This document shows positions 1 through 9,416 of a DNA stretch of 64,000 nt, in pieces. Made by a program: the position numbers and the translations under genes. Where the stretch lies: IMG/VR virus record IMGVR_UViG_2895427314_000002, positions 27,646-91,645 of that record; one strand, given 5' to 3'. Position 1 is the first letter of the stretch, and each line of letters starts with the position of its first letter. A model generated the notes under the pieces. It was not told the DNA's origin and did not search any database. It saw only the letters and a list, made by a program, of their open reading frames with translations. Origin of the DNA: a virus. Its lineage: Duplodnaviria; Caudoviricetes.

Positions 1-1
1 C

Positions 2-364
2 AACGACGCCATCACCGGCGCCGAACGGCACCTCGCCGATCTCGACACCCGGCGCGAGGCCGTCCACGCGGAGATCGCCGAGCAGCAGGCCGCCGCCCAG
101 CGCCACCTCGCGGGCCTCCACCAGAGCCGCGAACAGCTCCTCGCGCTCGTCGGCAAGAACGAGTCTCGGGACCCCGGCAGCGAGGAGTCGCGGCCAACGC
201 TCGTGTGCTCCTGCGCCCGGCTCGCGGTCCTGGACCCGGTGCACGGCGCCGTGCACGAGGTCAACGGCACCCGCCTGCCCGCCATGGAGGCGTGCCAGAT
301 GCCGCCGCTCGGATTCCTCGGACTGCCGGGCCGCGTCGCCGGCGGAGAGGGCCCGATCACGTGA
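2..364 (+). CDS. 5'-partial hypothetical protein (coiled-coil N-part)
   Basis: Frame 2 is open from the window start (NDAITGAERHLADLD...) to TGA at 362-364, overlapping the next GTG. Confidence 0.7.
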   Translation, partial: NDAITGAERHLADLDTRREAVHAEIAEQQAAAQRHLAGLHQSREQLLALVGKNESRDPGSEESRPTLVCSCARLAVLDPVHGAVHEVNGTRLPAMEACQMPPLGFLGLPGRVAGGEGPIT

Positions 365-582
365 ACGGCTTGGTCTCCACGCCCGCCGCGACGGCGCCCA
401 CGGGTTTCTGGCTCGTGTTCGTGAACAACGTCGCGCTCAACCCCGAGCACCCGCTGCCGCTGCTGGCCGCGGCAGCAGCGTTCGTCCAGGCAGGCCTCAA
501 CCATCCCGGCCAGGAGGTCGGTGTCGCCCCCTGCGGCCCCGAAGACCTGGCCAACGCAGGAACCACCCAGGAGAGGGCATGA
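361..582 (+). CDS. hypothetical phage protein
   Basis: GTGA and ATGA coupling with neighbours. Confidence 0.65.
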   Translation: MNGLVSTPAATAPTGFWLVFVNNVALNPEHPLPLLAAAAAFVQAGLNHPGQEVGVAPCGPEDLANAGTTQERA

Positions 583-974
583 TTACCACCACCGACGTGA
601 CCGACGTCACCCCGGACATGATCCGGCCGAAAGCCCAGGCCGTGCTGCGCCGCGACGGCTGGATCCAGGACAACTACGCCGACCGGCGGACCGGCAAGCG
701 CGGCGTGTGCCTCGTCGAGGCCATCGGCCGCGCCGCCGGGCTCCCTCCGTTCACGCTCGCCCGCAAGAAGCTCCGCCGCGCCGACGCCCACCTGCACCCC
801 CAGTGGGAGGCGGCGCACAACCTCATCGACGAGCTCGCCACCCACCTGGGGCGCGACCCCGAGAACGACGAGCTGACCCCGCGCTGGTGGCTGACGCAGT
901 GGAACGACTGGTGCGACCGCACGCCCGAGCAGGTGCTGGCCGCCCTCGAACCCCCGGCCGTCGAGAAAGCATGA
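579..974 (+). CDS. DUF6197-like actinophage protein
   Basis: GWIQ...CLVEAI...WND...RTPEQVLAAL pattern. Confidence 0.65.
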   Translation: MITTTDVTDVTPDMIRPKAQAVLRRDGWIQDNYADRRTGKRGVCLVEAIGRAAGLPPFTLARKKLRRADAHLHPQWEAAHNLIDELATHLGRDPENDELTPRWWLTQWNDWCDRTPEQVLAALEPPAVEKA

Positions 975-1363
975 CCGCGCCCAGCCGGCCGCCCGCGCCC
1001 AGGCCTTCCCTGCCGATGCTGTCGATCGTCGCAGGGGTGGGCCTGGCCGTGTGGGTCCTCGGCCTCGTGCACACCGGCGTCGCCGTGTTCGTCGTGGCCG
1101 TCGTCTGCCTATGCATCGGCGCCGGGGCCTCGTTCGGCGTGGGCGACTACGTCGGCTACCGCCGCGCCGCCCGCCAGGTCGCCGCACTGCGCGACTACTG
1201 CGACAGCGCCTACAGCCAGGCTCGCCGCGCCCAGGCAGGCGAAGCGGACAAGACGGGCCGGCTCTACCGGGCGGAGAACGCGCTCCACGAGGCGCAGGCT
1301 GAGCTCGCCCGGCTGCGTGCCGAACGCGGCCAGGAGGCGGCCAGGGAGGTCGTGGATCAGTGA
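971..1363 (+). CDS. two-TM membrane protein with C-terminal coiled coil
   Basis: Two hydrophobic helices; ATGA overlap. Confidence 0.7.
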   Translation: MTAPSRPPAPRPSLPMLSIVAGVGLAVWVLGLVHTGVAVFVVAVVCLCIGAGASFGVGDYVGYRRAARQVAALRDYCDSAYSQARRAQAGEADKTGRLYRAENALHEAQAELARLRAERGQEAAREVVDQ

Positions 1364-1629
1364 TCGATCTCCTGGAGAAGCTGGTGGAGCTGTTCTGGGC
1401 GGCCATGACCGTGCTCGGCACGGTGGTGTTCGCGGCAGGCGCGGCCGGGTTCGTGTGGGCGTGGCGATCGCACCGCGCCGACCAGCGCGAGCAGCGGCGG
1501 CGGCGTGACGAGCGTGCTCGGGCCCAGACCCCGGACGCGGTGCAGGGCGAGGACGGCCTGCGCGTCTGGATGGACTTCGTTCGCGATCAGAAGCTGCACA
1601 CGATCCCGGCCCCGAAGGAGCGCCCGTGA
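1360..1629 (+). CDS. single-TM hypothetical protein
   Basis: Hydrophobic segment; coupled start and stop. Confidence 0.65.
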   Translation: MIDLLEKLVELFWAAMTVLGTVVFAAGAAGFVWAWRSHRADQREQRRRRDERARAQTPDAVQGEDGLRVWMDFVRDQKLHTIPAPKERP

Positions 1630-2180
1630 CGACGCCGCGCGTGTCCGGCCTCGACCAGGCCGCCGAGAAGACAGGGCTGGCGCTGCCGGACGGCACGACG
1701 AGCCTCGTCACCGCACCCAAGGTGAGAGCACGGAAGGGCGCGCGGCGGACGCTGACCGACAACATGCGGCGCATCGACCATGTGGAAGCCGAGACCGTCC
1801 GCCGCATCATCGAGGCGGGCACGCAGGCGATCGGCATCGAGGACTACGCCTTCCAGAAGCGGTCCTCGGCCACGCACCGGCTCGCCGAGATCGGCGGAAC
1901 CGTCCGGCTGGCCTGCTGGCGGGCACGGATCGCCGTGGCAGTCATCAACCTGAAACACCTGAAGTTGTACGCGACCGGGGACGGCGACGCCTCCAAACAG
2001 CAGATGGCCGACGCCGCCCGCACCTATGCGGGCGCCACCTTCCCCACCGAGGACGAATGCGACGCCGCCTGGGCGCGCTGGCTCCTCCTCGACCACCTCG
2101 GCCACCCCGAGGTCCACGTCCCCGCCGAGCATCGCCACGTGCTCGCCCACGTCACCCTGCACCGGAAGGAAGGACCGTGA
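1626..2180 (+). CDS. RuvC-like Holliday junction resolvase
   Basis: GLDQAAEKTG, IEDYAF, LKLYATGDGDASKQQM and DECDA motifs carry the RuvC acidic residues. Confidence 0.85.
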   Translation: MTTPRVSGLDQAAEKTGLALPDGTTSLVTAPKVRARKGARRTLTDNMRRIDHVEAETVRRIIEAGTQAIGIEDYAFQKRSSATHRLAEIGGTVRLACWRARIAVAVINLKHLKLYATGDGDASKQQMADAARTYAGATFPTEDECDAAWARWLLLDHLGHPEVHVPAEHRHVLAHVTLHRKEGP

Positions 2181-2395
2181 AAACCCCATCCGACGTCGCC
2201 GACGACGCTCGTTGGCGGAAACGCCAACGACCACGCATGCCGGACCGGCCACGCGCCGCCGTCTGGAACGGCGACCGCACCCGCCCGGTCGCCGTCGTCG
2301 AGGGCCGCCACCTGACCGCCGCCGACCTCGACGCCGCACGGCGACTGGCCACCCAGCCGAACATCCACCACCGCCACACCAGCTTCCAGGAGTAG
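2177..2395 (+). CDS. hypothetical protein
   Basis: GAAGGA RBS, GTGA overlap. Confidence 0.55.
   Translation: MKTPSDVADDARWRKRQRPRMPDRPRAAVWNGDRTRPVAVVEGRHLTAADLDAARRLATQPNIHHRHTSFQE
2211..2228. promoter_or_regulatory. 18-bp dispersed palindrome copy GTTGGCGGAAACGCCAAC
   Basis: One mismatch to GTTGGCGG-N2-CCGCCAAC. Confidence 0.7.
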
Positions 2396-2398
2396 GAG

Positions 2399-2710
2399 AT
2401 GACCACCACCACGCCGGTCGCCGTCCTCACCGAGGAACTGGCACGCCCCGACCCAACCCCGCGCCGTCTGCTGCGGGCGCTGCGCACCGCCGGGTTCGAG
2501 ATCAAGGCGGCACAGCCCCCGGCGTGGATGCCCAGCACGCCGGAGGCGCAGCACCTGGTCGAGCGGGCCGCCCAGCTCGCCCGGCAGGGCCAAGCACGCG
2601 ACGAGATCGCGGCGTGCCTGCGCAAGGACAAGCGAACGATCAACCGCTATCTGGCCGCCGCCGACGTGCTCGGCCTGCTCAGCCCCGACACGGAGGAGCC
2701 GCCGGAATGA
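2399..2710 (+). CDS. helix-turn-helix DNA-binding protein
   Basis: RDEIAACLRKDKRTINRYL HTH pattern. Confidence 0.75.
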   Translation: MTTTTPVAVLTEELARPDPTPRRLLRALRTAGFEIKAAQPPAWMPSTPEAQHLVERAAQLARQGQARDEIAACLRKDKRTINRYLAAADVLGLLSPDTEEPPE

Positions 2711-3081
2711 GCCGCTACCGCACCGCCCTTGACCTGCGCGCCACCGGCTCGGTGAACATACCGCAAGCGCCCTCGTGGCATCGAGACGCCGCCTGCCTCC
2801 GCGTAGGGCACGACCTATTCTTCGGCCCGGCCTCGGACCTGCCGCGCGAACTGCGCGAGACCACTGAGGAGAAGGTCGCACGCGAGGCTCGCGCCCGCGC
2901 GATGTGCCGCGGTTGCCCCGTCCGGCGGAACTGCCACGTCTACATCCACAGCTTCCCCATCGGCGACCAGGTCGGCATCTGGGCCGACACCGACCAGGAC
3001 GAGCGGCGCGTCGAGCGCCGCAAGAACCAGCGCAAGACCGCTGCCGCCCGGCGGCGGCGCGCAGAAGGGACAGCGCCGTGA
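2707..3081 (+). CDS. WhiB-family Fe-S transcription factor
   Basis: W..DAAC...LFFG...CRGCPVRRNC...GIWA; four Cys. Confidence 0.92.
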   Translation: MSRYRTALDLRATGSVNIPQAPSWHRDAACLRVGHDLFFGPASDLPRELRETTEEKVAREARARAMCRGCPVRRNCHVYIHSFPIGDQVGIWADTDQDERRVERRKNQRKTAAARRRRAEGTAP

Positions 3082-3395
3082 GCACCCGAGCCGACGCCCA
3101 GATGAGGGCCATCGACGAGGCCGCCGAGGTTCTGGCCAAGCGCATGCGCGAGTGGGCGGCGACGCCCGCTGACGAGCGTGAGGCGGTCGAGGTGTTCACG
3201 CGCCGCTTCATGCTCGACCTGAACGGGCACGGCTGGCGGCTCACGCCGGCTGCCCGGGTCAACCCGCTCGCGCGCAGGAGCGCCGCCGACCCTGCCGCGG
3301 CGGCGCAGCGGGGCGCCGCACTCGCCTTTGCTGAGCTCGCGAAGGTGATGGAGAAGCGAGCCGTGATCAGCCAGGCCGAGGGAGACGAGGAGTGA
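3078..3395 (+). CDS. hypothetical protein
   Basis: Coupled ORF in operon. Confidence 0.65.
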   Translation: MSTRADAQMRAIDEAAEVLAKRMREWAATPADEREAVEVFTRRFMLDLNGHGWRLTPAARVNPLARRSAADPAAAAQRGAALAFAELAKVMEKRAVISQAEGDEE

Positions 3396-3937
3396 GCCCG
3401 GCCAGGCCCGCGCACGAGCAGCCCGGCCACACTCCGGCGACCGTGCCGTACGACGAGTACGGCAACCTGCTGTCCACCACCGCGGGCGTGGACCCTGACC
3501 GCATCACCTGGCGGCCTCCGCACCCGTTCACCCAACCGCTCCACCTCCATGACGCTCGCGCGCTGCGCGGCATCACCCGGCCCGTGACGTGGAAGGACCC
3601 GCACGGGCCCGCCACGTTCCCGATGTTCGCCGACGACCTCGCCCGCGTCATCAAGGGGACGATCAGCGACCACGGGCTCGTCGTCGGCGCCACGTGGGTG
3701 CCGCTCGTCCGCCGCGATCGATATGGCATCTCCCTGAAGACCTTCCACGAGCAGGAAGAACCCGCCGCCGAACGCGAGCTGCCGGCGAGCCCGGCTGAGG
3801 AGGCCGCGGCCCGCTTTATCGACCGCGAGCACGTCGTCCAGCTCGTGCGCGTCGCCTTCTCCATGGGCGAGCCCGAGGCGGACCTTCCGCCGGACCTGAC
3901 CACCCTGATCCGCCACATCAGAGAGGACCAGCCATGA
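3392..3937 (+). CDS. hypothetical protein
   Basis: GAGGAG RBS, coupled. Confidence 0.7.
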   Translation: MSPARPAHEQPGHTPATVPYDEYGNLLSTTAGVDPDRITWRPPHPFTQPLHLHDARALRGITRPVTWKDPHGPATFPMFADDLARVIKGTISDHGLVVGATWVPLVRRDRYGISLKTFHEQEEPAAERELPASPAEEAAARFIDREHVVQLVRVAFSMGEPEADLPPDLTTLIRHIREDQP

Positions 3938-4233
3938 CAACGCGCCACGAAACGCTCCGCAGGCTCCCGCCGGGGGCACACACCCTGCTCAAGACGATCG
4001 CCGAACACGACGACGGCGACGGCGTCATGTTCGACCCGGCCCCGTACGGCCGGTGGACGCTGCGCGGCTCCGACTACGCCGTCAACCGCAGCACGTTCCA
4101 CACCCTCGCCGTGGCCCGCGGCTTCATCGACGTCGGCGACGGGTTCACCAACCCCGTGCGCATCACTCAGGCCGGGCGCGACTACCTCGACCACCACCAG
4201 AGCCGAACCGCCAGGAAGGACCGCCAGCAGTGA
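3934..4233 (+). CDS. winged-helix-like hypothetical protein
   Basis: GFI...VRITQAGRDYL wing motif. Confidence 0.6.
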   Translation: MTTRHETLRRLPPGAHTLLKTIAEHDDGDGVMFDPAPYGRWTLRGSDYAVNRSTFHTLAVARGFIDVGDGFTNPVRITQAGRDYLDHHQSRTARKDRQQ

Positions 4234-4553
4234 CCAGCCACCCCACCACCACCGCCGCGCGACCGCCGCAGTTTCCCCAGGCCGTCGAACGCCTCCTCGA
4301 CGCCATCGCCGCCAACCCTGACTACAAGCAGACCGGCGTCGTCACCTACACGCCCATCCCCTCCGCGCGCGGCCGATGGCAGGCCGGGGAGCACACCTGC
4401 GGCGACGGCACCATCAACACCGCCGCGACCAACAAGCTCATCACGCTTGAGCTGCTCGGGCCGAAGGTGCGCGTGCTCGCGCTCACCGCGGTCGGCCTCG
4501 ACCACGTGCAGGCCCGCCACGCCCGCCGGAGCCGAGAGGCGAACGCCCGATGA
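4230..4553 (+). CDS. winged-helix-like hypothetical protein, probable paralog of upstream gene
   Basis: LALTAVGLDHV motif; similar layout to 3934-4233. Confidence 0.55.
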   Translation: MTSHPTTTAARPPQFPQAVERLLDAIAANPDYKQTGVVTYTPIPSARGRWQAGEHTCGDGTINTAATNKLITLELLGPKVRVLALTAVGLDHVQARHARRSREANAR

Positions 4554-4861
4554 CCTACACCCGCCTGACCCACCTCCACGGATGCTTCGACCCCAGCCGG
4601 GAGTACACCGTCGAAGCCAGCATCATGATCCAGGACGAGCAGCAGACCAGCCAGGGCTTGCGCGCGGTGCTCACCCTCGACGACGGCACCGCCCTGATGA
4701 CCGCGCTCGTAGAGCCGCCTCTGTACGCGGAGGTGGGCGCCGACCGGCTCCTGCCGAGCGAGGACAGGCTGCGGTTCACCGGCCGCCTCGACCTGGAGGA
4801 GAACGAGCCGCGCCTGATCGTGCAGACCGTGCACGACCTCTCGAAGAGGGACACGCGGTGA
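4550..4861 (+). CDS. OB-fold-like hypothetical protein
   Basis: LTLDDGT...LRFTGRLD pattern resembles OB-fold domains. Confidence 0.55.
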   Translation: MTYTRLTHLHGCFDPSREYTVEASIMIQDEQQTSQGLRAVLTLDDGTALMTALVEPPLYAEVGADRLLPSEDRLRFTGRLDLEENEPRLIVQTVHDLSKRDTR

Positions 4862-5322
4862 CCGAGCAGAACATTCCCCAGCCGTACGACCCACTCGCCG
4901 TCTCACACGCCAAGCAGGCCATCACTGCCGCCCTCCACGAAGACGACGACACCACGGCCCAACTCGTCGCCACGATCGTGAACGAGACCGGCCTGCCCGG
5001 CATCCTCGATGCCGTCTTTGTGTGGTGCGCAACCATCCACGCCCGCATCGGGCTCCCGTTCGGCGTCATACTCACCCTCACCTACATCCACCCGGAGACC
5101 GGGGAACCGATCCCCGAGACGGAGGCAGACCCCGCGCTCATCTGGGCCAGCCACGTCATCCAGGCCTACGTGGCCCGCGACAAGCCCCGGTTCGACAGTC
5201 TGCTCAAGGACATGCTGGACGGCGATCCCGGACGGCTCGCCGCCCAGCTCATCACGATGGTCGAGCACGTGGCCGCGCACATCAGGCTCGCCAGCCTGCG
5301 CAGCACAGCGGAGCTGTCGTGA
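4858..5322 (+). CDS. hypothetical protein
   Basis: Coupled ORF. Confidence 0.7.
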   Translation: MTEQNIPQPYDPLAVSHAKQAITAALHEDDDTTAQLVATIVNETGLPGILDAVFVWCATIHARIGLPFGVILTLTYIHPETGEPIPETEADPALIWASHVIQAYVARDKPRFDSLLKDMLDGDPGRLAAQLITMVEHVAAHIRLASLRSTAELS

Positions 5323-7079
5323 CGCACCATGTCGTCCAGATGAGCGGCGGCCTGGGATCGTTCTGGGCCGCCGTCTTCGCCGTCCTGGTATACGGCAAGG
5401 AGAACGTCGTCCTTCTGTTCGCCGACACCCTGTGGGAACACCCCGACACGTACCGCTTCCTAGGGCAGGCCAGCGAACACCTCGACATCACCCCGATCAT
5501 CGTGTGCGACGGCCGCAACCCGTTCCAGGTGTATTTCGACCAGCACTTCCTCGGAAACTCCCGGATCGCGCCGTGCACGAAGGAACTCAAGCAGAAGCCC
5601 TGCCGCCGCTGGCTGGAGGAGCACTGCGACCCGGCCGACACCATCCTGTACGTCGGCCTCGACGCGGCCGAGGAGCGCCGCCGGCCCGGCGTCATCAAGG
5701 GATGGACGCCGTGGCGAGTCGAGTTCCCCCTGATGGACGACAAGACCTGGGACAAGAAGCGGATGAAGACCGAGTGCGCCAAGCTCGGCATCACCATCCC
5801 CCGCATGTACGAACTGGGGTTCTCCCACAACAACTGCTTGCACCCGGACACCCGCTACATCACGAGCGAGGGCATCAAGACCCTCCGCGAGACGTGCGGA
5901 CAGACCGTCAAGGTCCTGGGCCGCGGCGGCGGCTGGCGGGAGGCGGAGATCCGGTCGTTCGGCGAGCAGCCCACTTACGAGCTGCGGCTGCGACGGTACG
6001 ACGACGAGATGACCGTCATCACCACGGGGGACCATCTCTGGCCTGTGCGCAAGCGGGCTGGACGGAACGCCCACGAGTTCCGGCACACGCTCGTGCTCAG
6101 TGCAGGAGACCGCATCGCGGGCATGTATGGCCACGTCCGGAGCAACGTGGTGCCGTCCACGATCGGCATCATGGCCGGGTTCACCTTCGGCGACGGCACC
6201 GCTCCCGCCGTCAACGGGCAGAACCAGCCGGCCCGCGCCTATCTGTGTGGCGACAAGGACAAGGCGATGCTGCCGTACTTCGCGGGCTGCCGGATCAAGG
6301 AGGACAGACCCCGTGTCCTGAAGGTCCTGGACCTGCCGAGGTCGTGGAAGCAACCCCCGCCGCTGGAGGAATCCCAGTCGTACCTGTACGGATGGCTGGC
6401 CGGGTACTTCGCCGCTGACGGCAGCATGAGCGGCGGCAGCGCGGTCATCTACTCGGCGAACCAAGCCCGGCTCGAGACCGTGCAAGATGTGGCGGCCAGG
6501 ATTGGCATCGCGACGGGCCGCATCCGCACCGCGCACCGGACCGGGTACAACACCGAGCGGAGCCCGATCTACAGCGTGACGCTGGTGATGGCCACGCTCC
6601 GGGAGGACTTCTTCCTCCTGCCCCACCACCGGGAGAAGTTCCTCGCCCGCGAGAATCCCCAACGACCAGGTGACTGGCAAGTGGTCGAGGTCGTCCCCAC
6701 CGGGCGTGTCGAGGAGGTCATGTGCGCGGTCGTCCCTGACGGCCACGTGTTCACCCTCGACGGCAACCTGCTCACGCACAACTGCCAGGGCAGCTGTGTC
6801 CGGGCGGGACAGGCTCAGTGGCTTCTCACGCTCCGCGAGTTCCCGGAGCGGTACGCCCTGGCCGAGGCCGAGGAGCAGCGCTTCCGCGAGGAGCACGGCA
6901 AGGACGTGTCGATCCTCACCGAAACCGTGAACGGCGCGAAGTGCACGCTCACGCTCAGGAAGCTGCGGCTGCGCGCGGAGGTGGGCGTGATCCGTCTCCT
7001 CGCGCCTGGATCTGTTCAGCGCCGTCGTCACATGACCGTGAAGACAGAGCCGTTGTTCGAGATGGGGTGCCCGGCATGA
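5319..7079 (+). CDS. PAPS-reductase/PP-loop family protein interrupted by an intein
   Basis: SGGLGS PP-loop, FADTLWE, CTKELK, GFSHNN|CQGSCVRAG. Confidence 0.85.
   Translation: MTHHVVQMSGGLGSFWAAVFAVLVYGKENVVLLFADTLWEHPDTYRFLGQASEHLDITPIIVCDGRNPFQVYFDQHFLGNSRIAPCTKELKQKPCRRWLEEHCDPADTILYVGLDAAEERRRPGVIKGWTPWRVEFPLMDDKTWDKKRMKTECAKLGITIPRMYELGFSHNNCLHPDTRYITSEGIKTLRETCGQTVKVLGRGGGWREAEIRSFGEQPTYELRLRRYDDEMTVITTGDHLWPVRKRAGRNAHEFRHTLVLSAGDRIAGMYGHVRSNVVPSTIGIMAGFTFGDGTAPAVNGQNQPARAYLCGDKDKAMLPYFAGCRIKEDRPRVLKVLDLPRSWKQPPPLEESQSYLYGWLAGYFAADGSMSGGSAVIYSANQARLETVQDVAARIGIATGRIRTAHRTGYNTERSPIYSVTLVMATLREDFFLLPHHREKFLARENPQRPGDWQVVEVVPTGRVEEVMCAVVPDGHVFTLDGNLLTHNCQGSCVRAGQAQWLLTLREFPERYALAEAEEQRFREEHGKDVSILTETVNGAKCTLTLRKLRLRAEVGVIRLLAPGSVQRRRHMTVKTEPLFEMGCPA
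5835..6782 (+). mobile_element. Intein (316 aa) with LAGLIDADG homing endonuclease
   Basis: Starts CLHPDT, TTGDHLW block B, IMAGFTFGDG and WLAGYFAADGS motifs, ends LLTHN followed by Cys. Confidence 0.93.
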
Positions 7080-7252
7080 GGAAGATCGTCACGTGGCTGG
7101 GGCGTGTGGCCAGGTACCGACTCCGCTTCGGCCGCTTCCAGCTCTACATCGAGCCCCGCGACCTGTGGCGCGGGCTCTACATCGGCAAGGACGCGATCTA
7201 CTACTGCCCCTTGCCCACGCTCGTCTTCCGCTGGGCGAGGAGGCCGCGGTGA
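7076..7252 (+). CDS. small aromatic-rich hypothetical protein
   Basis: ATGA and GTGA coupling. Confidence 0.6.
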   Translation: MRKIVTWLGRVARYRLRFGRFQLYIEPRDLWRGLYIGKDAIYYCPLPTLVFRWARRPR

Positions 7253-8046
7253 ACACGACCATGCTGTACGAGGCGCTCGAACGCCACTACCGCAAGCCCG
7301 GCGCTGCCCATCAGGGCGAGATCCTGATCCGCGAGGTTCCCGCCCCCGGCAGCGGTCGGCAGGCGGACCTGATCCGGATCGGGCTCTGGCCATCACGCGG
7401 GTACGCGCTCGACGTCCACGAGCTCAAGGTGACCCGCGCGGACTGGCTACGCGAACTCGCCGACCCGGGCAAGGCCGACGCCTGGTGGCCGCACTGCTCC
7501 CGCTTCTGGGTCGTCGCTCCGGCCGGGGTCGTCCACACGAACGAGCTGCCGCCCGGGTGGGGATTGCTGCAGCCGCCCACGTCCGTGAACCGCCGCCGGT
7601 TCACCACCGTCGTGGACGCGGCGGTGAAGGAGCCCCAGCTCTCGTTGGAGCTGCTCGCCACCTTGGCCAGGCGGACCGACAACACCCGCCTGGCCGAGAT
7701 GGACCTACTGCGTGAGCAGCACCGCGACGCACTCTATAAGGCCCGCACCGAGGCCCGGCAGCACGCAGCGCAGACCGGCCTGGGCGAGTACGTGCGCCGC
7801 CGCCTGAACCTCCTGGACGAGCTGGAGAAACTGCTCGGCGCGACGCTCGACGACTTCGGATGGGGTGACGGTACCCGCCTGGACCGGATGACCCCGTACG
7901 AGCTGGCGTCGGCGCTGGCCGACTGCCGTGACCACATCCGGCTGCAGCAGCGGCAGGCTCGCGTGGAGGAGCTGATGGGCCGCCTGTCGTACGCGGCGCA
8001 GAACGTCATGACCGAGATGCGGAAGGTGGGAAACGGCAATGGGTGA
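7249..8046 (+). CDS. PD-(D/E)XK nuclease-like protein (MmcB-like)
   Basis: ADLI...HELKVTRADWLREL..PGK...FWVVAP. Confidence 0.75.
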   Translation: MNTTMLYEALERHYRKPGAAHQGEILIREVPAPGSGRQADLIRIGLWPSRGYALDVHELKVTRADWLRELADPGKADAWWPHCSRFWVVAPAGVVHTNELPPGWGLLQPPTSVNRRRFTTVVDAAVKEPQLSLELLATLARRTDNTRLAEMDLLREQHRDALYKARTEARQHAAQTGLGEYVRRRLNLLDELEKLLGATLDDFGWGDGTRLDRMTPYELASALADCRDHIRLQQRQARVEELMGRLSYAAQNVMTEMRKVGNGNG

Positions 8047-9040
8047 CTGGCGCACGGACACTGAACGGGCCCAGCTCGCGCTCATGGTGATCGGCCCCGA
8101 CCGGCGGGAACGCCTCATCACCAACTACGCGGACAGGCTGTCCCTGACCCACGGCATGACCGCCGCAGCGGCCCGGCGCTACGCCACCGAGTTGGTGGAC
8201 GACGCCGACTCCGGCGCCGTCCTCCGCATCGGGCAGACCTGGACACAGCGCGACGGCGAGTCCCTACCTGGTGCCGAGCACTTAAGAGCCCTGGTGAGAG
8301 ACGTGGCCGAGAAGTCCGTCACTGTGGTCGGGTTTACCGACGACGGCCTCGTGTCGGTCGGCGATGGCGACCTCCACCTGGGGCCGCACCTGTTCGACCG
8401 CATGTGGCTGACCGCGTGGCCGCCCGAGCACACGCTCATCGAGGAGCCACAGCCGCCGCAGGCCGCACTCGCTCCACCGGAGGAGGAGGTGACCGGCGAC
8501 GGCGACGCGGAGCGGTTCGACCCGAACCATCTGTGGGTCATGGCGCACCGGGCCAGCAAGGACGGCCTGCCGCGCGGCGAGGGCCTGCCGCTGCTCGGCG
8601 ACGACTACCAGGCCGTGAACTGGCGCAAACCCGAGTACGAGCCGTCCTACGGCAACGTCATCGACATCCCCGCCTACCTGAACAAGTACCTGGCCGACTA
8701 TCGGGCTGGCTGGCCCGAATTCCGCGCCCAGTTCCAGCATCAGCGCGGCGCCAACGTGCTGACGTACTTCAACACGCTCGGCTCGTGCGAGTGCGACAGC
8801 GCCGTCGCCGCCTACCTCGGCCACTGGCTGTGGCAGCGGGCTCGCGCCGACGTCGTCACCCAGTACGGCGGCACCGTGGACGACTACGACGTGATGTTCA
8901 TGTGGGGGCCGTTCATGGCCGACGCCGTGCTGGAGGCCGCTCCGTACGCGCACCCCGAGTGGCCGATCCCCGCCGATCACCCGCTGGCTCGGTGTGACGG
9001 CCAGGCCGACCTCTTCAGCGAAGGCGGGGAGCATGGCTGA
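8039..9040 (+). CDS. hypothetical protein
   Basis: 333-aa ORF coupled in operon. Confidence 0.75.
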   Translation: MGDWRTDTERAQLALMVIGPDRRERLITNYADRLSLTHGMTAAAARRYATELVDDADSGAVLRIGQTWTQRDGESLPGAEHLRALVRDVAEKSVTVVGFTDDGLVSVGDGDLHLGPHLFDRMWLTAWPPEHTLIEEPQPPQAALAPPEEEVTGDGDAERFDPNHLWVMAHRASKDGLPRGEGLPLLGDDYQAVNWRKPEYEPSYGNVIDIPAYLNKYLADYRAGWPEFRAQFQHQRGANVLTYFNTLGSCECDSAVAAYLGHWLWQRARADVVTQYGGTVDDYDVMFMWGPFMADAVLEAAPYAHPEWPIPADHPLARCDGQADLFSEGGEHG

Positions 9041-9416
9041 CGCACCAAGGAAGCTCACTCCCGAGCAGGCGCGCGACCTCTACCCGTTCCTGGAGGCCGG
9101 CCGGCGCGGGCTCGCCGCGGCGAAGTGGCGGGTCGGCATGGACGCCGACGACCTGCTGGCGCCCGTCGTGCTCGCGGTCATCGCGGAGATGAACCGGCGG
9201 GTCCAGCCGGGCAAGCAGATCGCCGCGGCCGGTGCGGGTTTCGTCTTCGTGCCCGTCGAACTGCTCGACGCTCTCTCTGACCCGGAGCCGTGCTACTTCG
9301 ACCATGACGGCGGATGCCAGGCCCATGGGCCGACGTTCACCTATCCGCGCTGCCCACACGCTCACGCCCGTGAACTGCTCGCCACCACCAGAGAGGAACC
9401 AGAAGATCATGCATGA
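9033..9416 (+). CDS. hypothetical protein with Cys/His cluster
   Basis: DPEPCYFDHDGGCQAH...CPH. Confidence 0.7.
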   Translation: MADAPRKLTPEQARDLYPFLEAGRRGLAAAKWRVGMDADDLLAPVVLAVIAEMNRRVQPGKQIAAAGAGFVFVPVELLDALSDPEPCYFDHDGGCQAHGPTFTYPRCPHAHARELLATTREEPEDHA

